Below, one piece after another: positions 9,580 through 17,700 of a stretch of 59,896 nucleotides of DNA. Within the stretch, counting starts at the first letter, position 1, and each line of letters begins with the position of its first letter. Source of the stretch: a virus (taxonomy: Duplodnaviria > Caudoviricetes); IMG/VR virus record IMGVR_UViG_3300020391_000476, positions 1 through 59,896 of that record. The stretch is one strand, 5' to 3'. Made by a program: the position numbers and the translations under genes. The notes beneath the pieces were generated by a model, which worked only from the letters and a program-made list of their open reading frames with translations, was not told where the DNA came from and did not search any database.

Positions 9580-9966
9580 ATGCCAATATATATATTTAGC
9601 AATCCAGAAACAAAAGAACTAAAAGAGATTTTTTTTCATATGGATGATGAGAAGAAATACATTGATGATCAAGGTTTAGAGTGGGATAGAGAACTATCCT
9701 CCCCGCAGCTCAACACTCAAGGCTCCATAGATCCCTGGAGCAACAATGATTTTGTTAACAAAACTGCCGACATGAAAGGTACTGTCGGAGACTTACTTGA
9801 TAAAAGTTCCGAACTTTCAAATCAAAGGGCTCAAGAAAATGGCGGAGTAGATCCATTAAAGAAAAAATACTATGAAAACTATTCTAAAAAAAGAAAAGGC
9901 GCCAAGCATTTAGATCAAATAAAAAAGACTTACGAAAATAAAAACGTAAAAATAGAATTCGATTAA
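9580..9966 (+). CDS. Hypothetical protein with an FmdB-like N-terminus lacking the Zn-binding cysteines
   Basis: MPIYIF....E.F.M...W.R..S.P pattern; has its own promoter. Confidence 0.6.
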   Translation: MPIYIFSNPETKELKEIFFHMDDEKKYIDDQGLEWDRELSSPQLNTQGSIDPWSNNDFVNKTADMKGTVGDLLDKSSELSNQRAQENGGVDPLKKKYYENYSKKRKGAKHLDQIKKTYENKNVKIEFD

Positions 9967-9967
9967 T

Positions 9968-10504
9968 ATGAGTATACAAATCTATAAACCAAACAAAGAT
10001 AACACAGGTTTCGGTTTTTCTTTTAGCTTAGGTAAAGATAAAAAAAGCAATGAGCCTGTTATGTTCGTCAATGCAATAGCTCAGTATTCCTGGAATGATG
10101 GAGTTGGTTCATTTCAAAAAAATTCTGAAAATCCAGATAAAAATATATCTGTAAAATTCAATGAATTTGAATGTGGCGCAATTATATCATGCATAAAAGA
10201 CAGGTACGAATGGAATACTTTCCATCAAAGCAAAGATAATAAAACCACAATTAGATTGACTCCTTGGGATAAACCTGTCACTATTCAAAAGTTTAATCCA
10301 CAAACAAAAGGTTACGAATCCACTAAACAAAAAGTTCCAGCTTTCGGTATGACAATGACCAAGAACGGAAATCAAACTTTTAAAATTTCTTTGGATCCAG
10401 GTGAGTGCGAATGCATCGTTAGATTTTTAGAGTTATTGCTCGCTAAATTATATTCTCATAGAATAACTAAGAACAGTAAATATATCGAACCTTTTGATGG
10501 GTAA
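9968..10504 (+). CDS. Hypothetical protein, possibly Whirly/PC4-like ssDNA-binding
   Basis: 178-aa ORF with two similar beta-rich halves, each ending in a short helix (ISVKFNEFECGAI and FKISLDPGECECI). The fold guess is inference. Confidence 0.55.
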   Translation: MSIQIYKPNKDNTGFGFSFSLGKDKKSNEPVMFVNAIAQYSWNDGVGSFQKNSENPDKNISVKFNEFECGAIISCIKDRYEWNTFHQSKDNKTTIRLTPWDKPVTIQKFNPQTKGYESTKQKVPAFGMTMTKNGNQTFKISLDPGECECIVRFLELLLAKLYSHRITKNSKYIEPFDG

Positions 10505-12416
10505 AAAGAAGAAAATATTATTTCATAGTAACCATAGTAAAGCTTTCACTGGTTTTGGAAAAAACTGTAAAAACGTATTAACTTATTTATACAAGACAGG
10601 GAAATACGAAATAATAGAAGCTGCAAATGGATTTACTAAAAGCAACCCTGCTTTAAAAAAGATGCCATGGAAGTGTGTTGGTACTTTGCCAGATAATCAA
10701 GCTAGACTTGCTCAATTAAATAAAGACCCAAACTTAGCTAGGGCCGCTTCTTATGGTGGAGAAACTATTGATTCTTTAATTAAAGAATTTCAACCTGATA
10801 TTTACGTAGGCGCAGAAGATATTTGGGGATTTAATAGATACTGGGATAAAAAATGGTGGAATAAAATAAACTGTATGGTTTGGACCACCCTAGATTCAGA
10901 ACCTATACTACCCCTAGCTATCGAGGCAGCTGGCTATGTTAAGAATTACTTCTGCTGGGCTAGTTTTGCTGAAAGAGAAATGCATAGGCTTGGTCACAAA
11001 CATATTAAAACATTAAGGGGTATTGTTGATAGTAAGCACTTTTTTAAATTAAATAAAGAAAAGAAAGAGTCTTTGAGAAAAAAATATAGGATTGATTCTA
11101 ATAGCTTTATAATAGGTTTTGTTTTTAGAAATCAATTAAGAAAAAGTGTTCCCAATCTACTTGATGGCTTTAAACAATTTTGTGAAAATAACCCTGAATC
11201 TAATGCTAAGTTATTACTTCATACTAGTTGGGCTGAGGGCTGGGATATACCAAGACTAATAAAAGAGAAAAAAATAGATAATCTAAGAGTACTAACTACT
11301 TATTTTTGTAAAGAATGTAAAAGTTATGACATTAGGCCTTTCTCTGGACAGGAGCAAGATTGTAGATTTTGTAAAACTAAAAAATCTCAAAATACAATTA
11401 CTGCTGCGCATGGAGTTTCTGAAAAACAATTGAATGAAATTTATAATCTAATGGATGTATATTGCCACCCATTTACATCTGGCGGTCAGGAAATACCAAT
11501 ACAAGAGGCTAAATTAACAGAATTAATTACATTGGTTACAGATTATAGTTGCGGAGAAGATCATTGTACAGAAGAGAGCGGAGGACTTCCTTTGTCTTGG
11601 TCTGAATACAGAGAGCCAGGAACTCAATTTATAAAAGCTAGTACATCACCATCAAGTATAACAAAACAACTTGAAGAGGTTTACAAAATGGATCTTTCTA
11701 AAAAGATAAAAAAGGGTAAAACTTCTAGGCAATTTGTTATAGACAATTACTCAACGAAGGTTATAGGTGGCCAGCTTGAATCTATATTCGACAATATGCC
11801 CAATATTGATTGGGATTTCGATTTTAAAGAAAAACCAAGAAATCCAGATTACGAGCCTAACGAAAATTTAAGTGATTCAGATTGGCTTGTAGAAATATAT
11901 TTAAATATTTTAAACATGGAAGTTGACCCTTCTTCTGACAAAGGGCATAAATATTGGATGAATAAAATAAAAGAGAAATTTCCTAGAGATAAAATATTAA
12001 ATTATTTTAAAGAAGTCGCCTCTAAAGAAAACGAACAAATCTTCAATAAAAAAACTATAGAAGATTATTTAGATGGAGATTCTCCTGATAATAGAATTGC
12101 TGTAGTTATGCCTGGTAGCGCTGGTGATGTGTTAATGGTAAATTCTTTAATAGATAATTTAAAATCTTTATACCCTAACAAAGATATATATTTTATTACT
12201 AAACCTATATTTTACCCTTTAATAGAAGATAATATAAATATTCACAGACTAATACCTTATGACGAAAGTTATGATAGTTTATTAACACTAGAAGGCTCAA
12301 GCTCGCATAAGGGGTATTTTAGTATAGCTTACCTACCTCATATAGGAACGCAAAAGATTTTAAATTATGTACATAACGGGGAAGATAAAATGCAAATTGA
12401 ATTATATGAAAATTGA
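10497..12416 (+). CDS. Multidomain glycosyltransferase: GT4-like domain with a CxxC..CxxC insert, DUF4214-like helical domain, and the N-terminal half of a GT9-like domain
   Basis: TGFG, GFVFRNQLRK, YNLMDVYCHPFTSGGQEIPIQEA; CKEC..CRFC; WLVEIYLNIL...KYW...RDKILNYF; PGSAGDVL...LKSLYP...IYFIT. ATG at 10497 preferred over TTG at 10494. Confidence 0.85.
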   Translation: MGKKKKILFHSNHSKAFTGFGKNCKNVLTYLYKTGKYEIIEAANGFTKSNPALKKMPWKCVGTLPDNQARLAQLNKDPNLARAASYGGETIDSLIKEFQPDIYVGAEDIWGFNRYWDKKWWNKINCMVWTTLDSEPILPLAIEAAGYVKNYFCWASFAEREMHRLGHKHIKTLRGIVDSKHFFKLNKEKKESLRKKYRIDSNSFIIGFVFRNQLRKSVPNLLDGFKQFCENNPESNAKLLLHTSWAEGWDIPRLIKEKKIDNLRVLTTYFCKECKSYDIRPFSGQEQDCRFCKTKKSQNTITAAHGVSEKQLNEIYNLMDVYCHPFTSGGQEIPIQEAKLTELITLVTDYSCGEDHCTEESGGLPLSWSEYREPGTQFIKASTSPSSITKQLEEVYKMDLSKKIKKGKTSRQFVIDNYSTKVIGGQLESIFDNMPNIDWDFDFKEKPRNPDYEPNENLSDSDWLVEIYLNILNMEVDPSSDKGHKYWMNKIKEKFPRDKILNYFKEVASKENEQIFNKKTIEDYLDGDSPDNRIAVVMPGSAGDVLMVNSLIDNLKSLYPNKDIYFITKPIFYPLIEDNINIHRLIPYDESYDSLLTLEGSSSHKGYFSIAYLPHIGTQKILNYVHNGEDKMQIELYEN

Positions 12417-12795
12417 AACACCAATATCAGTAGGCGAACTTTTAGATAAGATATCTATACTCAAGATTAAATCTTTTAAAATAAAAGATGAAAAAAAACT
12501 TAAAAATATAAAACTTGAATTAGAATATTTAAACTATATTGCAAGAGAAAAATTAAGTGAATACAAAAATTTTGAGAAAAGAAGCGAAGAGCTTTATCAA
12601 GTTAACGCCTCCCTCTGGAACATAGAAGATCAAATAAGGGTTGCAGAAAAAAGAAAAGATTTTGATAGCGAATTCATTTTTTTAGCCAGATCTGTATATA
12701 TAACAAACGACAAAAGGTTTGATATAAAAAATAAAATTAACGAAGAGTGTGGCTCTGAATTAAAAGAAGAAAAATCTTACGAAAAATATTCATGA
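12406..12795 (+). CDS. DUF6165-like protein
   Basis: MKIETPISVGELLDKISILKIK...LWNIED..R...ARSVYITNDKR..IK..IN...S.LKEEKSY. ATG at 12406 preferred over 12367. Confidence 0.8.
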   Translation: MKIETPISVGELLDKISILKIKSFKIKDEKKLKNIKLELEYLNYIAREKLSEYKNFEKRSEELYQVNASLWNIEDQIRVAEKRKDFDSEFIFLARSVYITNDKRFDIKNKINEECGSELKEEKSYEKYS

Positions 12796-13982
12796 GTCAC
12801 CTTATTGAAGAGTATGCAAAATCTTTAGGAGTAAAAATTGGCGAACCTACCTTAGACCCTCATTTTTTTCCAATATTAAAAGAAAAATATATAACCTTTC
12901 ATACCAACAATGAGAAAGTTAAAGCCAAACATTATGATCATTGGCCCATTGTTTATGGATTAATATCTGATTATTTAAAACAGAATAATATATCAATCAT
13001 ACAAGTTGGTGGTCCCGACGATCCTCAAACCTCTTTTTGTGACCAAGATACTAGGGGCGCTTCATTTAAGCAAATGTCTTATATTATCAAAAGCGCAATA
13101 CTTCATCTTGGTATAGATAGTTTACCTATGCATATAGCCAGTGCTTACGATAAAAAAATTGTTTCTTTGTTTTCTAATCTTTACATTAATAACGCTTCTC
13201 CTATATGGAATAAAAATAGTGAAGTAAAACTTTTTGCGCCAGATTTTACAGATCAAAAACCGTCTTTTAGATTTGATGAAAGTAAAAAAAGAGTAAATGA
13301 AATAAGCCCAGAAGAAGTAGCAAAAGCTGTTTTAGATTTACTTGATATAAAAAACGATTTATCAGACATAGAAACCTTAAGTATAGGTTATCATTATCAA
13401 AATATAATAACCGAAATAATTCCAGATTTTATTCCAAATGATAGTGATTTTCAAGGAAAACTTATTAACTTAAGATGTGACTACGACGTTATGGAAGAGT
13501 CTCTTGTTAAGTGGTTAACAAGAAAAACTAACTTAATGATTAACAAGCCCATTGATATAAATACAATAAATTTTTTCAAAGATAATATAGCGGGCTTAAC
13601 AATATTTTTAGGAGAACATGAGTTTCACGAAGAATACTTTGAAAACTTAAATAAACTAAATATAAATTTTAACTTAATCTCTAGGCATAAAGATAAACTT
13701 CCTGACTTACGCTTGAAGTTTTTTGATTACACGGTTGAAGAATACGTCGATTATCTAAAAAAAGATCTTGACTTTACTTCAGAATTATGCAATGATACAT
13801 ATTATCACAGTAATAAAACCTTAATTTCAAAAAACAAAAAATACAGTAGTAAAGCAGCGTGGAAGCAAGGAATAGAAAAAACCCAAGAACATCAAAAGAT
13901 CATTGACACTAAAGATTTTTGGGAAGAATTCCAACATTTAAACATATATAATTATGCCAAGAACAAAAAGCTCAGATACTAA
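12792..13982 (+). CDS. GT9 (heptosyltransferase-like) C-terminal half fused to an unknown domain
   Basis: HLIEEY, YITFH, KHYDHW, IIQVGG, LHLGIDSLPMHIASA...IVSLF. Confidence 0.75.
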   Translation: MSHLIEEYAKSLGVKIGEPTLDPHFFPILKEKYITFHTNNEKVKAKHYDHWPIVYGLISDYLKQNNISIIQVGGPDDPQTSFCDQDTRGASFKQMSYIIKSAILHLGIDSLPMHIASAYDKKIVSLFSNLYINNASPIWNKNSEVKLFAPDFTDQKPSFRFDESKKRVNEISPEEVAKAVLDLLDIKNDLSDIETLSIGYHYQNIITEIIPDFIPNDSDFQGKLINLRCDYDVMEESLVKWLTRKTNLMINKPIDINTINFFKDNIAGLTIFLGEHEFHEEYFENLNKLNINFNLISRHKDKLPDLRLKFFDYTVEEYVDYLKKDLDFTSELCNDTYYHSNKTLISKNKKYSSKAAWKQGIEKTQEHQKIIDTKDFWEEFQHLNIYNYAKNKKLRY

Positions 13983-14742
13983 ACGTAAATCAGGACCATC
14001 TATATTTTCAAGAGACAGTGATGGTTTATTAATTAATACTGACTACGAATTTAATGAAGATGGCTCTATAAATTGGAGAGCTATGGTTAAAGAAGATCAC
14101 TTATTTCCCAATAAATTGTGGTTTCAAAACAGAGGAAAAGATACACCAAGGTCTACTGAAGGTTTAGCAGACCATCAACTCCTTATTAAACTTGGAGGAA
14201 TAAAAGAGCTTGCTAAGCTAAGAGGTTTTTCTAAGTTATCTTATGAAGTAGTAAAATGTGAAGAAGAACATGTTGCGGTTATTTGCACAATGACCTTTCT
14301 TCCAAACTACGAAACATTTGGCGAACCTGTAACTTTTCAAGACATGGCTAATGCCACTCTTAATAATACAAGTAGTTTTGCAACTAAATTTTTAGAGACT
14401 ATAGCTTGCAATAGAGCTTTTGTAAGATGCGTCAGAAATTTTCTGCAAGTTCATATTGTAGGAGATGATGAAATAGATAAGTCTGATGGCCCAAGTAAGG
14501 TAACTCCTAAATATAAAAGTACTTCTCCAGCAAATCCTCTAAGCCCAACCTCTTCCCTTCAAAACAAAGCTTTAGAAGTTTTAGGCTGCGAATCTTTTGC
14601 CGACTTTAAATCAAACCATATTAAAGTTTGGTGGCAAGAAAAAATAGAAGGAATATATTCTAATGATTCTATTAAAAAAGCAGAAGATTGGTCTGATGTG
14701 GATGCTAAAGATGCCAGAATAATGCTTGGCTTAATTAATTAA
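13954..14742 (+). CDS. Putative Rad52/Sak-like single-strand annealing protein
   Basis: LGGIKELA..RG, VAVIC, ANAT, LETIACNRAFVRCVRNFL....G.DE, then a low-complexity linker. It shares a block with ssb. Confidence 0.55.
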   Translation: MPRTKSSDTKRKSGPSIFSRDSDGLLINTDYEFNEDGSINWRAMVKEDHLFPNKLWFQNRGKDTPRSTEGLADHQLLIKLGGIKELAKLRGFSKLSYEVVKCEEEHVAVICTMTFLPNYETFGEPVTFQDMANATLNNTSSFATKFLETIACNRAFVRCVRNFLQVHIVGDDEIDKSDGPSKVTPKYKSTSPANPLSPTSSLQNKALEVLGCESFADFKSNHIKVWWQEKIEGIYSNDSIKKAEDWSDVDAKDARIMLGLIN

Positions 14743-17700
14743 GTATTTTCATAAGTACTACCGCTTGTAAAAACCACAGGATGTTCTGGGTTTCTAATTG
14801 ATATATCTTTTTCAATATTATCAAATTTATCTATATCGTACTCTAGCGCTTGTATATTAAATAAACCATTAGATTCTTCAGTTATATTAATAACTTTATA
14901 TTGTTTTGGTTTAGCGAAATTCACAGAATCATTTAAGATAAATGTAGTTCCTTGAGAGTCCGCTATTTTTTCCAAAGAATCATTTGATATTTTTTCTAAT
15001 ATATAACCATATCTTTGGCTTAGTTTTTCATGTTTCCATTTCCCGTGCTCATCTTCATTTTCCGATCCGTTTATAGTTATGAATCTATGACCACTTAATC
15101 CTTCTGTGTGGTCTCCTGCTAAAAATGAATCACTAAAAGGATCGTCAACTATAAAATTTTCTTCTTGGTTGTCTGTTTCTAAAACTGTGGAAAACTTAGG
15201 GTAATCTTTAGCCCAATTAAAATACTGTATCCCATCATTACAATCTGGAGAGTTTTCCCAAACTAATTTTTCAGGAGGTGGTTCTTCTCTATTGTATCCC
15301 CCAAGCCAAGCTATTTGATCTTTTGGAAGAACTATTTCAGACAACAGCTGAGATGATTCATCAGTTATCTGCGCAACTCTTCCACCTTTTTCTCTTGCGT
15401 CTAAAATCGCTTCGTACCAAGTAAAATTTCCTTCTACAAAAGTAAATAAATCATTATATAATTTTAAAGTTTTTCCATCATTGTCTATATCAAAAACTTG
15501 ATACGTGCCAAATTGCTTAAACCTCATATTATCAATATCTTCATCCGTTACGTTTTCAGCTGAATCTAATGATGCTATTGTTTCGTTTCCAGACGGCTGA
15601 TATATTTCAATATTTTTCCATGTTAATTTATTAAAAGGCTCAATAATTGTGTGCATAGGATGGTCAATCGTAACTTCTGCCATCATACCTCTTGAATCAA
15701 CTTGTATATCTACTATATGCCCAGCAAATCTACCCACGGTTCTTTTATTATCGAGCACATCAATAACATCTCCAGGCTTTAAATAAGAACCTATCATGCT
15801 TGTTTGGAAAGATAGAATTTCTGTTTCCATATTTGCAGATTTGACCAAGAATTCTGTTGCTCTTTTTGCTTGCGCCTGAGAAGTTATGCCAAACCCATCT
15901 ATAGTTTGTTCTATCATGTTGTTTTCATGGACGGCTTCTCGATCCTCTGCCCTCTCCATTTTAGGGCGATACATATTATATCTGTCCGTGTATCTTATAT
16001 TACAAGCGTTTGTTCTTGATGATTTTGGAGTGCTTGAATAAGCAAACCCTGCCTCAGAAATATTGTTGTTTGAAAAAAGCATAACAGCCTCTTTCTTTTC
16101 GTCTTGAAAGAAATTAATGGCGCCTCCAGACCAATAGGAATAAGCTCTAAAAATTAATGCAAATTCATTTATTAATTTAAAAGCATTTTGTTTATCCATT
16201 ATGTATGCATTTAAAGTATATCTTGGTTCTACGAGTGGATAATCTATTTCTACTGCACACTTAAACTGATCGTTTTTAGGTTCAACACTTAATGATATTG
16301 TGTTTTGATTTCTATCTATTGATGAAATTGTTATTGATTCATATGTTCCGTCATCGTAAAATATTGCTAATTTTTTTCCAGTATAATTAAATTCTTTTAG
16401 GAACTCTGGGGTAGATAGGTTACTAATTTCAGCAAATGTTCTTTTTTTGTATTTAGGGCTATATCCAGTTGGCACCATTTGGTCGCAATATTTTGCTATT
16501 TTATATAAAGTCCACCTATCAATATTTTCTTCTTTTATACCAAACCTACCCACTCCAAATCTTTTATTAGATATTAGATCATATAAACACCAGGCTGGAT
16601 TATCCGTCCATTCAGGCTCAGGCTTAAACTCTCCATTCCAGTTACCAGTGTACCTTCTGCTTTCACTGTCATAATTGGATGGTACTTGGACAATTTTCAT
16701 TCTTAAATGATATGTTCTTTTTGGTATAGTTGAAACATCTTTGGCATTTACTCTTGTTCCAATTAAAACTGAATTAGGATAATTTAATTTAACTGGAGTA
16801 ATTTCTGTTATGGAAGCTAATGCAAATTTTTCTCTATATCTGGCTGCTTGCTCCCCTTCTTTTACTGCGTTTCTCTCTCTGTTTAATTTATAAACTTTTA
16901 TGACCCTATCTCTTTGGTCTGGATTTGGGGGAAAGTATATTTTAATATCTTTTCTATAAGAAGAATTTGCAATTCCATAAAAATAGACATCTGTACTATA
17001 TAATTCTTCGCCCTCATTTCCGTATTTTATTCTAAATCTAGCTTTGTTGGGCCAAAACTCTCCTGAGTTTTCTATTTTTGTTCCTATTTTAAATCTATGA
17101 TTTCCTAATACAAAAGATAATATTATCCCCATTACCCCAACTAAAACACCGCTGGCTACCCCATCTTTTACTTCTTGAGCGGCATGTCCACCTGCATGAC
17201 CCGAAAGCAAACCTAGCGCGGCTACTCCAGCTGGCCCAATACTCAAAGAGGTGGCGGCTTGAGCTCCCGTCATAATGCCAGAATACGCTGCTGAGTAGCT
17301 TATTGTTGATATAGATTTATATATATGATATGCCGATAATCCTGCTAGCAAAAAAGTCCAAAGCTTACCTATCTTATATTCGACATTTATTTCATCTCCT
17401 TCGTATACATACATTAATTCATCTATTTGTAAGCTTACGTAGGCTTCCTCTACTAATGGATTAATTACACGATGGGACTCATAATTTTCTTCTTGTAATT
17501 TTCTTGCCACTAAATTATTTAAATCAGAACCCTGTAACTCTCTAAAAACACCTTCAAGATCTGAAGGTTTGGTTAATTGCTTTTGTTCCCATAAAGTTGG
17601 TTCCTGACTAGGGCTTATATCGACAGGACTAACAATTTCAGCTGGAACGCTGACTGTCACTGTATTAGCTATATCAGGAGAAAGTGAACCATCAGCTTCG

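Noticed and set aside
12367-12405. Upstream start for the DUF6165-like ORF given in the track
   Set aside because: The family-like sequence begins at MKIETP (12406), which gives a short overlap like those of neighbouring genes.
13768-13952. TTGACT and TTGACA hexamers upstream of the Rad52-like gene
   Set aside because: Neither has a convincing -10 at 16-18 nt, and the TATAAT at 13947 is too close to the ATG.
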